Assembly: GCA_964402035.1 (NCBI GenBank)
Contig: CAYOAM010000001.1
Location: forward strand, 179,558 to 243,557
Direction: 5' to 3'
DNA: 64,000 nucleotides
Origin: an uncultured Candidatus Saccharibacteria bacterium
GTDB lineage: Bacteria > Patescibacteriota > Minisyncoccia > Phycocordibacterales > UBA918
In this document: one piece after another, positions 36,741-47,716 of the stretch
Position numbering within the stretch: the stretch's first letter is position 1
Layout: every line of letters starts with the position of its first letter
Made by a program: the position numbers and the translations under genes
The notes under the pieces: model-generated
What the model saw: only the letters and a program-made list of their open reading frames with translations
The model's database searches: none
Told to the model about the DNA's origin: nothing

Positions 36741-39350
36741 ATGTCAGCCAAAAAACCCATTCATCACGATAAGATCATCATCCGAGGCGCTCGGACACAT
36801 AATCTCAAGAACATCTCGCTTGAAATGCCACGGAATGCCATGGTGGTTTTTACCGGTCTCTCTGGATCGGGCAAATCCTCGCTCGCTTTTGATACCATTT
36901 TTGCAGAAGGTCAGCGACGCTATGTGGAGTCTCTCTCTGCCTATGCGCGACAATTTTTGCGACAAATGCAGAAGCCTGATGTCGATGAGATATTGGGACT
37001 TTCTCCAGCGATATCGATCGACCAAAAGAGTAGGTCAAATAATCCACGATCCACGGTAGCTACGATCACTGAAATCTACGACTATCTTCGTATCCTGTAC
37101 GCGAGAGTCGGTCAGCCGTACTGTATCGATGTTGATATGCCGATCCAAAAATTGTCTCAAGATGAGATACTTTCTATTATTCTTTCTTCTATTGAGTCAC
37201 GCGATCTGGGTACTAAAGATGCGGAAGTGATGGGTGTGCCCATATCCAAGGCGCAGATCCGCGTGTATTCGCCGGTTGTGGTGGGTAGAAAAGGGGAATA
37301 CTACCAGCTTTTGTATGATCTATTGGGCAGGGGGTATGAAGAAGTGAAGATAGACGGCGAGATCAAGAAACTTCGCGAGCGTATAGTACTTCAAAAAACA
37401 AAACGTCACAGTATTGATGTGCTTGTTGATTCTATTTTTGTGAGCGAATTTGAGCACAATAAAAAAGATGCACATGAGAGACTGAGTGAGGCCGTCGAGC
37501 GAGCGCTTGCTGAATCTGGTGGCTTAGTAAAAATTGAAAATCCGTACGGGGAAGAGCGTACGCTTTCGGCAAAATTTATTTGCCCAGCAGATGGAACTTC
37601 TTTTCCTGAAGTTGAACCTCGACTCTTTTCGTTCAACTCTCCGTATGGTGCCTGTCCTGAATGCAACGGTCTTGGTATGGTGGGAATTTTTAATAATGAC
37701 GAATGTCCGGTTTGCCATGGTGCACGGTTGCGTAAAGAAGCCCTGCGCGTGTACCTCAAGAGTAAGAGTGACAAAGGTCTTGGTAAAAATATTGTCGATT
37801 TCACGAATATGACTATCCGTGAGGCGTATGATTTTATTGATGGACTCTCTCTCACCAAACAGCAGCACGATATTGCGTGGCCTGCACTTCGCGAGATTAT
37901 CGACCGCCTCGATTTTATGCTCAACGTAGGTATTGAGTACCTCACGCTCAATCGTCGTGCCAACACTCTTTCGGGTGGAGAAGCGCAGCGCATCCGTCTC
38001 GCCTCCCAGCTCGGTAGCGGGCTAGTGGGAGCACTCTATGTGCTTGATGAACCAACGATTGGACTTCATCAACGTGACAATGACCGCCTGATTAAAACGC
38101 TGACGCATCTCCGTGATCTGGGGAATACTATTCTGGTTGTTGAACACGACGAAGATACAATCTTTGCCTCGGACTATTTGGTTGATATCGGGCCGGGAGC
38201 TGGTATCCATGGAGGAGAAGTGGTGGTGTCTGGATATCTCAAAGATCTTCTGTCTGCGAAGAAAAATACTTCAGGTTCCTTGACTCTTTCGTACTTGCGC
38301 AATGAAAAGCGTATCGAAATACCCGATGAGCGCCGCTCGAGTGAAAAAGGTTCGATTAAAATCCGTGGCGGTAGCGCATTCAATATCAAAAACATGCACG
38401 TTGATATTCCGCTTGGACGCTTGATCGCACTTACGGGAGTATCAGGTTCGGGGAAGTCGACCTTTATGTACGAGATTTTGTACAAAAACCTTCAATCGCG
38501 CCTTGAGAAAAAGCATCGTACACCGCACACCTACAATGCATCCAGCTTTACTGGTTCCGAGTATCTCGGGCGCACGGTGCTCATTGATCAAAGTCCTATT
38601 GGTCGCACACCTCGATCAAACCCGGCAACGTATACGGGTACCTTCACCCATATTCGTGACATGTTTGCGACGTCTATTGAAGCAAAAGCGCGCGGGTGGA
38701 AAGCCGGACGCTTTTCTTTTAATGTGAAGGGCGGACGCTGTGAAGCATGCCAAGGGAATGGGATGATAGCGGTCGAGATGCATTTTCTTCCAACGGTATA
38801 TGTTGAGTGTGATGTCTGCGAGGGCAAGCGATTTACCAAAGAAACTCTTGAGGTGAAATACAAAGGCAAAAATATCAACGAAGTCTTGCATATGACGATC
38901 GAGGAAGCGGCCAATTTTTTTGCGGATATTCCAGCTATTCAAGAGCGCCTGCAATCATTGCAGGAGGTAGGGCTAGGATATTTGCAGCTTGGTCAAAGTG
39001 CAACGACACTCTCTGGTGGTGAGGCGCAACGTGTCAAAATAGCATCGGAGCTGTATCGACCACATACACAGAAAACAATCTACCTTCTCGATGAACCAAC
39101 GATCGGTCTTCATTATGCTGACGTACAAAAATTGATTGATATTTTGCAAGCACTTGTTGATAAAGGAAATACCGTACTCGTCATCGAGCACAACTTGGAC
39201 CTCATCAAGTGTGCGGATCACGTCCTCGACATTGGACCAGAAGGCGGGGTGGGTGGGGGACAGCTCGTGGCTAAAGGCACACCTGAAGAAGTCGCGAAGA
39301 CGAAAGGTTCTCATACCGGACACTACCTAAAAAAGGTCTTACGTGGATAG
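36741..39350 (+). CDS. uvrA: Excinuclease ABC subunit A
   Basis: [34 protein letters not shown] twice, GVSGSGKS, Zn fingers. Confidence 0.97.
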   Translation: MSAKKPIHHDKIIIRGARTHNLKNISLEMPRNAMVVFTGLSGSGKSSLAFDTIFAEGQRRYVESLSAYARQFLRQMQKPDVDEILGLSPAISIDQKSRSNNPRSTVATITEIYDYLRILYARVGQPYCIDVDMPIQKLSQDEILSIILSSIESRDLGTKDAEVMGVPISKAQIRVYSPVVVGRKGEYYQLLYDLLGRGYEEVKIDGEIKKLRERIVLQKTKRHSIDVLVDSIFVSEFEHNKKDAHERLSEAVERALAESGGLVKIENPYGEERTLSAKFICPADGTSFPEVEPRLFSFNSPYGACPECNGLGMVGIFNNDECPVCHGARLRKEALRVYLKSKSDKGLGKNIVDFTNMTIREAYDFIDGLSLTKQQHDIAWPALREIIDRLDFMLNVGIEYLTLNRRANTLSGGEAQRIRLASQLGSGLVGALYVLDEPTIGLHQRDNDRLIKTLTHLRDLGNTILVVEHDEDTIFASDYLVDIGPGAGIHGGEVVVSGYLKDLLSAKKNTSGSLTLSYLRNEKRIEIPDERRSSEKGSIKIRGGSAFNIKNMHVDIPLGRLIALTGVSGSGKSTFMYEILYKNLQSRLEKKHRTPHTYNASSFTGSEYLGRTVLIDQSPIGRTPRSNPATYTGTFTHIRDMFATSIEAKARGWKAGRFSFNVKGGRCEACQGNGMIAVEMHFLPTVYVECDVCEGKRFTKETLEVKYKGKNINEVLHMTIEEAANFFADIPAIQERLQSLQEVGLGYLQLGQSATTLSGGEAQRVKIASELYRPHTQKTIYLLDEPTIGLHYADVQKLIDILQALVDKGNTVLVIEHNLDLIKCADHVLDIGPEGGVGGGQLVAKGTPEEVAKTKGSHTGHYLKKVLRG

Positions 39351-39364
39351 AAAAAGGAACGGTG

Positions 39365-39619
39365 TTACCGTCCCCAAGTATCGTATCTTTTTCTCTCTAC
39401 GTCGTGTAGCAAGGTGAGACCGCGTCGCTCATGGAGTAGATCATCCCATAATGGATCCGAATGAGACGCGGGGTATCTTCCATACGTTTCAAAAAACACA
39501 CGCTTCCAAAACGGTGAGCAGTAGGCTTCCGACCCACCATGCGGAGGGAAGCACCGAGGGATCAAAGAGAGAATCACTTCGAGTGGAGTTATAACAGGCG
39601 TGCTTAGTCCCGTGTCCAT
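39365..39619 (-). CDS. Hypothetical protein
   Basis: 84-aa ORF with a strong AAAGGAGGT SD upstream. Confidence 0.5.
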   Translation of the reverse strand: MDTGLSTPVITPLEVILSLIPRCFPPHGGSEAYCSPFWKRVFFETYGRYPASHSDPLWDDLLHERRGLTLLHDVERKRYDTWGR

Positions 39620-39713
39620 CCTGACCTCCTTTTAGGAGCATTCTAGAAGATCATTATACACCATAGCGAATGTGTGTGGTGATGATAAGGTGTTGGAGGT
39701 ATACGCGTGCATG

Positions 39714-39742
39714 TTGACATGCTTCATGTATTAATGTATGGT
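39714..39742 (+). promoter_or_regulatory. Sigma70-like promoter
   Basis: TTGACA-17 nt-TATGGT. Confidence 0.55.
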
Positions 39743-39780
39743 CTCATTCGGAACAAGTGAACCAAGCCAGGAGGCAAACA

Positions 39781-40458
39781 ATGTGTGAAAGACATTTTGA
39801 GCTTACCACAACAATCTTCAGCGATCTTAGTGACTCAGAGGATCCTGAACGGACTCAAGAGAAGTTGCGTAGAATTTTTGAGTCACCACGGACTCAAAGG
39901 ACTGTATTCAGCTGTATTGAGTCCGCACTGGATCAACTCCCCTTGAGAGATTCGCAACTACTTCGATTGAAATACGGACTCGGGTGCGATCCACATTCGT
40001 ACTGTGCGGTGGGCCTTAAGCTGAGTCCACCCATCACGGGTAGTAGAGTGGGGGACGCTGTTAAAGAAGTTTTGTTCAAGCTTGTCAATACGGATCCAGC
40101 CAGTGAACTGTTTCAGTATTTCAGCAGTGAGGGTGCTTTTTCTCATCTGTCTCAAGTTGACACAAAAATCTGGGTAGACCGCATTAGGATGCGTGAACTC
40201 CTCAAGCGGTATAGAGATAATGCTGGGTTGGTTCCTCTTACTGATGATGAACTTGAACAGATTAACGTAGAGACATTGCCTGTTGGTACGAGATCCAGAA
40301 ATGTATTCAAATCTGAACGGGTTTGGACTATTCTGGATCTGATTTCCTTGCCTTATGGCTCCATCAGGGGACAGCTTCTGCGTATGCCAAACTTTGGGAC
40401 AAAGTCTCTTGTCGAACTTGAACTTGTCGTTTCTAGATTCGGTGTGCGCCTCACGTAG
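39781..40458 (+). CDS. Fusion of a sigma70 region-4-like HTH and an RNA polymerase alpha-CTD-like domain
   Basis: ALDQLPLRDSQLLRLKYGL...ITGSRV (region 4 pattern); VETLPVGTRSRNVFK...TILDLI...LLRMPNFGTKSLVEL (alpha-CTD pattern); AGGAGG upstream. Confidence 0.7.
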   Translation: MCERHFELTTTIFSDLSDSEDPERTQEKLRRIFESPRTQRTVFSCIESALDQLPLRDSQLLRLKYGLGCDPHSYCAVGLKLSPPITGSRVGDAVKEVLFKLVNTDPASELFQYFSSEGAFSHLSQVDTKIWVDRIRMRELLKRYRDNAGLVPLTDDELEQINVETLPVGTRSRNVFKSERVWTILDLISLPYGSIRGQLLRMPNFGTKSLVELELVVSRFGVRLT

Positions 40459-40545
40459 CTTTTTGCTCTATGGATAAGTCGTTGTGAGATCACTCGCAAC
40501 GACCCTTTTTGTATAAAAAATAGAAGTATGTTTCTATAGACCTGT

Positions 40546-41781
40546 ATGGACAAATCCTATCTCGATAAAAAACAGATTCCCGATAGTCCTGGGGTGTATT
40601 TTTTTCTGGGGCCTCGTAAGGAGATCCTCTATATCGGCAAAGCGACCACACTTTCGTCTCGTGTGCGTAGTTATTTTGCGTCCGATATTGAAGAGAAGCG
40701 AAGCCCACTCATCAGAGACTTACTCGATGCAGCAAAAACGATTGAGTGGACCGTTACCGACTCGGTGCTCGAGGCCCTTATCCTTGAAGCAAATCTTATA
40801 CGGACGCACAAACCAAAACACAATTCTCGCGCAAAGGATGATAAAAGCTTTAACCATCTATTGATCACCAATGAGGAGTATCCGCGTGTGCTTGTGGTAC
40901 GTGGAAAGGATATTGCGCAAAAGTATACTGCAGAACAGATACGTTCAGTTTTCGGTCCTTTTACAAGCGGAGGTTTACTTCGCGAAGCTCTGAAGATTGT
41001 TCGCAAGATTTTCAAATTCTATGACACCGAAAAGCCAGTTGGTACATCTCATTCCAAGATGGAGAAAGGAAAGATAGATTTCAATCGTCAAATTGGTATA
41101 TATCCAAAGGATGAAGATAAAGCAACATATCAGAAAACGATTTCACAGATTGAGTTACTATTTCAAGGAAAAAAGAAAAAATTGCTGACTGAACTTGAGC
41201 GAGAGATGAAGCAGCTCGCAAAAGCAGAACGATTCGAGGAAGCGAATATAGTCAAAATGAAAATATTTGCCCTAACACACATCCAAGATGTCGCGCTGAT
41301 TAAAGCGCGGGATCTCTCGCACAGAGACGATCGTTCGGTGCGTTTTGAGGCATATGATGTTGCGCATATTAGTGGAAAGGCTATGGTGGGAGTCATGACG
41401 GTTGTTGAGCGAGGTGAGATGCAGAAGGATTCGTATCGCAAATTTAAGTTAAAGACGGTAGATAGTTCAAATGATCCTGCCGCTTTGGCTGAAATATTGG
41501 AACGGAGATTGGCGCACGATGAGTGGCCATTGCCTGCATGTATCGTGGTCGATGGTGGTTTGATTCAAAAGCGCAGGGCAGAGACAGTACTTCGATCACA
41601 CGAAGTACATATTCCGGTTGTAGCTGTGGTAAAGGATGAATACCATCGACCAAAGAAGATACTTGGACCAGACTCTCTGGTAGCGCTCTATGAACGCGAT
41701 ATCTTACTTGCCAATGCTGAAGCGCATCGCTTTTCTGTAGGGTATCACCGCAACCTCCGTGATCGCATAAAGCCTCAGTGA
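40546..41781 (+). CDS. uvrC: Excinuclease ABC subunit C, short form
   Basis: PGVYFF...LYIGKA..L.SRVRSYF (GIY-YIG), UVR (ERFEEA), EAYDVAHISG, VDGG, EAHRFS; no HhH tail. Confidence 0.9.
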   Translation: MDKSYLDKKQIPDSPGVYFFLGPRKEILYIGKATTLSSRVRSYFASDIEEKRSPLIRDLLDAAKTIEWTVTDSVLEALILEANLIRTHKPKHNSRAKDDKSFNHLLITNEEYPRVLVVRGKDIAQKYTAEQIRSVFGPFTSGGLLREALKIVRKIFKFYDTEKPVGTSHSKMEKGKIDFNRQIGIYPKDEDKATYQKTISQIELLFQGKKKKLLTELEREMKQLAKAERFEEANIVKMKIFALTHIQDVALIKARDLSHRDDRSVRFEAYDVAHISGKAMVGVMTVVERGEMQKDSYRKFKLKTVDSSNDPAALAEILERRLAHDEWPLPACIVVDGGLIQKRRAETVLRSHEVHIPVVAVVKDEYHRPKKILGPDSLVALYERDILLANAEAHRFSVGYHRNLRDRIKPQ

Positions 41782-41814
41782 GACATTTTTACTGACTTCT
41801 AAGTTCTATAGAGT

Positions 41815-42630
41815 ATGGAAAAACGTACGATAGCAATCATTGGGCACGGATATGTAGGTCAAGCGATCGAAGCATACTTCAAAGAAAAATTTACTATTGT
41901 AATCTACGATCCAGCCAAAGGTCAGAGTGATTGCGAGGCTGTGCAGAAAGCCCAACTGGCAGTCGTGTGTGTACCCACCAATATGCGCGAGGATGGTTCT
42001 GTAGACTTGAGCCTTATTGAGGAAACATTCGCATGGCTCAAGACTGAGAGCATCGTTATAAAAAGCACTGTACCGCCCGGTACTACGGCACTCCTTGCTC
42101 AAAAATTTGATCTTGAAGATTGTCTGGTTTTTTCACCGGAATATATTGGAGAAGGAGGATACCCAATGCCGTACTGGGAAGATGTACCGCACCCTACCGA
42201 TATGAAGCAGCACACCTATTTTATATTTGGAGGTTCAGCCCGTGCTCGTGAAAAGGTCATTCCTTTCTTTGAGCGTGTCTCAGGCCCGTATGCAAAGTAT
42301 ATCCAGACAGATAGCACGACCGCGGAGCTTGTAAAGTACACAGCGAATACGTGGATTGCGACAAAGGTCACGTTTTGTAATGAACTCTTTGACATAGCAA
42401 AAACATTTGGTGTCGATTATAGAATCTTGCGTGAACTATGGTTGCTCGATGGGCGGTCAACGCCCGCCCACACGCTCGTATACGGTGAGAGTCGTGGCTT
42501 TGGTGGAAAATGTATACCAAAAGATACTGCCGGACTAGTGAAGGCAGCAGAACAAAAAGGATATGATGCACAACTATTGAAGTCAGTCCTTGCTACTAAT
42601 GCAGCTTTTAGAAAACAACCAAAGGACTAA
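41815..42630 (+). CDS. UDP-glucose/GDP-mannose dehydrogenase family protein (short)
   Basis: IIGHGYVG, VCVPT, KSTVPPGT, SPEY, AELVKY, GFGGKCIPKD. Confidence 0.85.
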   Translation: MEKRTIAIIGHGYVGQAIEAYFKEKFTIVIYDPAKGQSDCEAVQKAQLAVVCVPTNMREDGSVDLSLIEETFAWLKTESIVIKSTVPPGTTALLAQKFDLEDCLVFSPEYIGEGGYPMPYWEDVPHPTDMKQHTYFIFGGSARAREKVIPFFERVSGPYAKYIQTDSTTAELVKYTANTWIATKVTFCNELFDIAKTFGVDYRILRELWLLDGRSTPAHTLVYGESRGFGGKCIPKDTAGLVKAAEQKGYDAQLLKSVLATNAAFRKQPKD

Positions 42631-42650
42631 TGTGATACCATTTAGCTACT

Positions 42651-43616
42651 ATGCAAAGAACTAAAGTAGCAGTGTTGCGCGGTGGACCAAGTGAGGAGTA
42701 CGAAGTTTCTCTGAAGACAGGAGAGAGCGTTATGCGTGCCATCAATAAAGATCAGTACGATGTTCTCGATATCGTGATAACTAAAAAAGGTGATTGGCTC
42801 TTGCGTGGTGCGGTACGTGATCCGCGCGATATTTTTCATCAAACCGATATTGTTTTTGTGGCGCTGCACGGCGCATATGGTGAAGATGGTTCGGTGCAGC
42901 GACTTATGGATAGTACTGGTGTTCGCTATACCGGTAGTCGTTCGTACCCATCGGCGATTGCTATGAATAAAGCGATTACCAAGGATCATCTCCGCGCTAA
43001 AGACATAAAGATGGCGCGACATATGGTCGTGGGTAAAAGTGCACTCGCAAATATAGCAGGAGCTGCAGCTTCGATCGTCGCGCTTTTTGGACCTCGATAC
43101 ATTATTAAGCCTATTGCGAGTGGTTCTTCGGTGGGTGTCATGTTTGCCGAAAGTCCCCTCATGCTCGAACGCGCACTACAGACATCACTGCAAGTCTACG
43201 ACCAAGTCATTGTCGAAGAGTATATTGCTGGCAAAGAAGCGACGTGTGGGGTCGTCGAGAATTTTCGGGACAAAAAGCACTATGCACTGCCACCGATTGA
43301 GATTGTGCGACCATCTGCCGTGTTTGACTATGTCTCAAAGTATAGCGGCGAGACCGAAGAGATTTGCCCTGGCCGCTTCACGTATGAAGAGAAACAAGAA
43401 ATAGAACGTCTTGCGCTCTTGGTGCACCAGGAATTAGGGCTCTCGCATTACTCACGCTCTGACTTCATTGTGTCGCCGGAGGGTATCTATTTTCTTGAAG
43501 TCAACACGTTGCCGGGACTTACCAGTACTTCACTGTTGCCAAAGGCTCTGGATGCTGTTGGCTGTAACTATGAGCAGTTTATAGAGCATTTGTTGACACT
43601 TGCACACCGCTCATAA
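42651..43616 (+). CDS. ddl: D-alanine--D-alanine ligase
   Basis: GGPSEEYEVSL, ALHGAYGEDG, GSSVG, FDYVSKY, LEVNTLPG. Confidence 0.92.
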   Translation: MQRTKVAVLRGGPSEEYEVSLKTGESVMRAINKDQYDVLDIVITKKGDWLLRGAVRDPRDIFHQTDIVFVALHGAYGEDGSVQRLMDSTGVRYTGSRSYPSAIAMNKAITKDHLRAKDIKMARHMVVGKSALANIAGAAASIVALFGPRYIIKPIASGSSVGVMFAESPLMLERALQTSLQVYDQVIVEEYIAGKEATCGVVENFRDKKHYALPPIEIVRPSAVFDYVSKYSGETEEICPGRFTYEEKQEIERLALLVHQELGLSHYSRSDFIVSPEGIYFLEVNTLPGLTSTSLLPKALDAVGCNYEQFIEHLLTLAHRS

Positions 43617-43647
43617 GGTGTAGACTCTGCTATGATAAACCATATAC

Positions 43648-43959
43648 ATGAAAAAAAGGGCGTATAGTCAAAAGGAGGTTGAGAAGCGGCTCAAAGATGT
43701 GCCGGAATGGAAGACGAATACAAAGTGTACGTCACTTGCGCGTTCGTTTAAGACTTCGAATTTTGTTGCAGGGCTTGCGCTCGTTGCAAAGATTACGGTG
43801 CATGCTGAAGTTATGGATCATCACCCTACGGTAGAACTATCATACGGTATGGTAAAAATAACTCTGTCGACGCATGATGTCGATGGGCTCACTAAAAAAG
43901 ACTTTGAGCTTGCAGAGCGTATTGATCGCTTGCAGCATACGAAGAGCCGTACCGCATGA
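43648..43959 (+). CDS. phhB: Pterin-4a-carbinolamine dehydratase
   Basis: AEVMDHHP...THDVDGLTKKDFELAERID. Confidence 0.85.
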   Translation: MKKRAYSQKEVEKRLKDVPEWKTNTKCTSLARSFKTSNFVAGLALVAKITVHAEVMDHHPTVELSYGMVKITLSTHDVDGLTKKDFELAERIDRLQHTKSRTA

Positions 43960-44978
43960 ACAAAAAAGCGCAACAATTGTATACCATTGGGGCGCTGGCC
44001 ATTGCCCTCATACTCTGGATCATGTATGACATTGATCTCTTCATATTAATCCTGATGACGCTTGGACTTTTAGGGCTAATTCCAAAATTAAAAAATTTTA
44101 AAAATAATTCTTCCGCAGATATGGACACAACAACCACCATGGAATCAATTAAAAGTGGAACACGAAAAACAGTACTGTACGGATTGGGGATATTAGTGGT
44201 GGTCATTTTTGTTATGCGTATGGTTGTGGTCATTGGGGCGGGGGAGATTGGTGTACAAGTCTTTTGGGGAAAAGTAGCACCAGAACCACTTTACTCTGGT
44301 ATTCACATCATTAACCCACTTGCGCATGTCATCACGTTTGACGCACGTACACGTCAGTACTATATGGGTATAGCAGCAGACAATGCGAGCCAAAATGATG
44401 TCGATGACCCCATCCGTGTGTTGACGGCAGAAGGTCTCTCTATCGATTTAGATATTTCCACACTGTATCGTGTTCAACCAGAGCGCATAACTGAGATCTA
44501 TAAGAATGTAGGAGTCGGCTATGAAGAACTGATTATTCGCCCCGAGATCCGCAGTATCATCCGCGACACCATCGCGCACTACAGCGCAAAAGATATTTAC
44601 TCAGAAAAACGCCAGGAGATCGTCACGACAATCACGGACAGCCTCCATAAGAAACTCGAGGCACGCGGTATCTTGCTTGAAGATGTCTTGCTCCGCAATG
44701 TGACCTTGCCGCCAGATCTTGTCCTTGCTATTCAGGAAAAACTTCGTACTGAGCAAGAGTCTCAAAAATATGACTTTGTCTTGGAAAAGGAGGTAAAGGA
44801 AGCAGAGCGAAAGAGGATTGAGGCTGAAGGTCAACGTGCGTACCAGCGGATCATCTCAGAAAGTCTCTCAAAGGAGTTTCTGTACTATCAGTACATAAAC
44901 CAACTCAAGGATCGCCAAGGTACGATCTATGTCCCTACAAACCCAGCGACAGGACTGCCACAGTTTAATGGGATTTAG
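43956..44978 (+). CDS. SPFH/prohibitin family membrane protein
   Basis: GEIGV..FWGKV...GIHIINP, IIRPEIRS, LLRNVTLP, EAERKRIEAEG. Confidence 0.88.
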   Translation: MNKKAQQLYTIGALAIALILWIMYDIDLFILILMTLGLLGLIPKLKNFKNNSSADMDTTTTMESIKSGTRKTVLYGLGILVVVIFVMRMVVVIGAGEIGVQVFWGKVAPEPLYSGIHIINPLAHVITFDARTRQYYMGIAADNASQNDVDDPIRVLTAEGLSIDLDISTLYRVQPERITEIYKNVGVGYEELIIRPEIRSIIRDTIAHYSAKDIYSEKRQEIVTTITDSLHKKLEARGILLEDVLLRNVTLPPDLVLAIQEKLRTEQESQKYDFVLEKEVKEAERKRIEAEGQRAYQRIISESLSKEFLYYQYINQLKDRQGTIYVPTNPATGLPQFNGI

Positions 44979-45102
44979 TCAGAATTAGAGTGGACGCGTT
45001 GACTTTAGGGCTTGAAATACGTATTATAGTCAAGCCCAAACGTCAATATCCCGGGCCATGAATAGTGTAGAAAAATAGATTTTTCCACGTATTCTCGCTT
45101 TC

Positions 45103-45176
45103 GGGCCCGTAGCTCAGTTGGCTAGAGCGCCTGTTTTGCACTCAGGAGGTCGCAGGTTCAATTCCTGTCGGGTCCA
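45103..45176 (+). tRNA. tRNA-Ala(TGC)
   Basis: gggcccg...cgggtcca acceptor stem with G3-U70; D-arm agctcagttggctagagc; anticodon loop tttgcac; T-loop ttcaatt. Confidence 0.95.
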
Positions 45177-45641
45177 CAAAAGACAAAAGATCTGCCCTTC
45201 GGCAGGTCTTTTGCTTTTGTGGAAAGCGCAGGTATAGTTTTGTTTTGCGAAGCAAAGGCAAAAATACCGAGCTGGGATCGCGAAATTTTTCCGTCAGGAA
45301 AAATATTTGTGATCACAAAAGAAATACCGGCCATGTGCCGGTTTTTATGTGTCTGGTTGGGTGACAACGGAATTGAAAAGGTTGCCAGCTATTTTAAAAA
45401 ATAGCGACAACCTCTACCGAACATGTAATGTTCAATTCCTGTCGGGTCCACAAAAGACAAAAGATCTGCCCTGCGGCAGGTCTTTTGCTTTTGTGGAAGC
45501 CGCAGACATATCGCTTGCGATGTCGAGGCAGGGTCGTGAGCACTTAGTATTTTCTGAATACTTGGAAGAAAATTCTTAGTGACTCCTGACCACACGAAGA
45601 TCTGCCCTGCGGCAGGTCTTTTGCTTTTGTGGAAGCCGCAG
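45156..45641 (+). repeat. Duplicated tRNA 3' end plus hairpin (two long copies and one partial)
   Basis: 45156-45224 is about equal to 45430-45498 (one mismatch seen); 45461-45505 recurs at 45597-45641. Confidence 0.85.
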
Positions 45642-45861
45642 CGTTGTCGCCTTGCGACCGCGGAGAAACAGTGGATAGCCACTGTTTCTCGGGTCGTGAG
45701 CATTTAGTAATGCGTCCACTCCATAAGCAATCTAGTGAGTATTTGCTAACATAGGAGATATGCCACTCAGCGATATGCCGAGAGGAGTGATAATTGCCAC
45801 CTACAAGCGAGACGGAGAAATCAAGATAGGAACCGTTGAAAATTAAAAGTATCATAGAAGT

Positions 45862-46284
45862 ATGCAGAATAATAAACAAATATATATTAATTTGATTGTA
45901 AAAGATCTAGAAAAGTCCACAAAGTTTTATGAATCTTTGGGTTTTATTAAAAATCCGCAATTTTCCAACTATGATGCCTCTGGTCTATCTTGGTCGGAGA
46001 ATATTATGGTCATGCTTTTGACGGAAGATTTTGCGAGAAATTTTACGGATGGAAAGCACATTGCTGATAGTAAAAAAACCGTCGCAGCTATCTTTGCGAT
46101 TTCTTTTGAGAGTAAAGCTGCAGTAGATGACTTTGCTACAAAAGCAAGAGCCGCAGGAGCAAAAGTGTATCGAAACAAATACAATGATCAGTATGATTTT
46201 ATGTATGGAGTCGAGGTAGAAGATTTGGATGGATATATTTGGGAGCCAACGTATATGGATATGTCCAAATTTCCACAAAATTAA
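45862..46284 (+). CDS. VOC/glyoxalase family protein
   Basis: IYINLIVKDLEKSTKFYESLGF..NPQFS, DFMYG...DLDGYIWE; AT-rich. Confidence 0.88.
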   Translation: MQNNKQIYINLIVKDLEKSTKFYESLGFIKNPQFSNYDASGLSWSENIMVMLLTEDFARNFTDGKHIADSKKTVAAIFAISFESKAAVDDFATKARAAGAKVYRNKYNDQYDFMYGVEVEDLDGYIWEPTYMDMSKFPQN

Positions 46285-46404
46285 TACAGTACATAGATGT
46301 CAAAGGAATAACTCTTGATTTTGAGCTGATGCTAAATTCCTTTAGGGCTAAGACACAATTAAATAAAAAATCCGGCAATTACTACTAGTAACTGCCGGAT
46401 ACAC

Positions 46405-46695
46405 TCACACACCCACGGTCAGCTTTGAATTAGGCTGAAAGGGGTGTGTGGGGTCAAGAACGTTGGTCAGTAAAAGTAGCTCGAAGGTGGGGCACCGTTC
46501 GCCAAATGCATTCCTTGGAAAGTACTCATTCAGAGCATTTTCTGTGGGATCAATCTGTAGTGCATGCAGTACAATGAGCGCATCTTTTTCATCCTTGAGT
46601 TTGCACTCTTGAATGAGATGCACCCACCGTCCTTGTATGTTGCGACTTATTGCCCAATATGCACCCTCCGTCTTCTTGAAATAATACTGACTCAC
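46405..46695 (-). CDS. Hypothetical protein
   Basis: GTG start with AGGAGG SD; convergent hairpin at about 46370-46400. Confidence 0.5.
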   Translation of the reverse strand: MSQYYFKKTEGAYWAISRNIQGRWVHLIQECKLKDEKDALIVLHALQIDPTENALNEYFPRNAFGERCPTFELLLLTNVLDPTHPFQPNSKLTVGV

Positions 46696-46936
46696 TTTTT
46701 CCTCCTTCTCGATTTAAGAACGAAAAGAGCCCGCGGAGGCGGGCTCTGGTCTGGATTTTTTTGCTAGAAACTATCCAAAACACAACCCACCTCTCGGGCT
46801 TGTAAGGAGAATGACGACGGTGTTTTGGCGTATGGACATATATCTATTGTGTATCATATCTCTGTTTTTTTGCAAGGGATAGCATTTTGTGGAAAGCGTG
46901 GGTTTTGCACAAAAATGGTTGTATACTAGTATCATC

Positions 46937-47701
46937 ATGTCAACAATCATCTGGCTTGTCCTTGGGGTTATTGTATTTATTATTCTCGTTGGGTTACGTA
47001 TCGTTGACCAATTTGAACGTGGAGTCGTCCTCACCCTTGGAAAATATTCAGGCATACGTGAGCCAGGACTCACGTGGATATTCATTGGTATCCAGCACAT
47101 GACAAAGGTGGACTTGCGCATCACGACTACTGACATACCACAGCAGGAAGTTATTACCAAAGACAATGTGCCGGTTGGGATCAATGCGGTCGTGTATTTT
47201 CAAGTACAATCTGCAGAGAAAGCGATTCTTAATATCAAAGACTATACTCTAGCGGTCTCACAATACGCACAAGCAGCGCTTCGTGATGTGATTGGAGGCA
47301 TTGAGCTTGATCCGCTCCTCTCTGAACGTGAGCAGATTTCAGAAGAAATCCAAAAGATAGTCGTTCAGGCGACTGAATCATGGGGTATTTCAGTTACTGA
47401 CATCAAAATCCAAGACATTGAGCTTCCTGCGGATATGAAACGAGTCATGGCAAAACAGGCAGAGTCAGAGCGTGAACGTCGTGCGATCGTTATCCGTGCG
47501 CAAGGAGAATTTGAAGCGTCTGAGCGCCTTGCCCAAGCGGCAGGTATCCTCACGAGCACACCCGGAGGTATTTCGATGCGCACACTCCAGACGATTGAGA
47601 AAATCAATCCAGACCCTTCCAAAACCGTTATTTTTGCGTTGCCTGTGGAATTTATGGAGGGGATCAAGAGTCTCTCACAGTTTATGAGTGAAAAGAAATA
47701 G
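46937..47701 (+). CDS. SPFH/band 7 (stomatin-like) protein
   Basis: VDQFERGVVLTLG, QEVITKDNV, AQAALRDVIG, MAKQAESERERRA. Confidence 0.92.
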   Translation: MSTIIWLVLGVIVFIILVGLRIVDQFERGVVLTLGKYSGIREPGLTWIFIGIQHMTKVDLRITTTDIPQQEVITKDNVPVGINAVVYFQVQSAEKAILNIKDYTLAVSQYAQAALRDVIGGIELDPLLSEREQISEEIQKIVVQATESWGISVTDIKIQDIELPADMKRVMAKQAESERERRAIVIRAQGEFEASERLAQAAGILTSTPGGISMRTLQTIEKINPDPSKTVIFALPVEFMEGIKSLSQFMSEKK

Positions 47702-47716
47702 ATGGTACCTAATGTG

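Noticed and set aside
45156-45720. CRISPR array or second tRNA
   Set aside because: Spacing is irregular, the repeats derive from the tRNA 3' end, and the second copy lacks D and anticodon arms.
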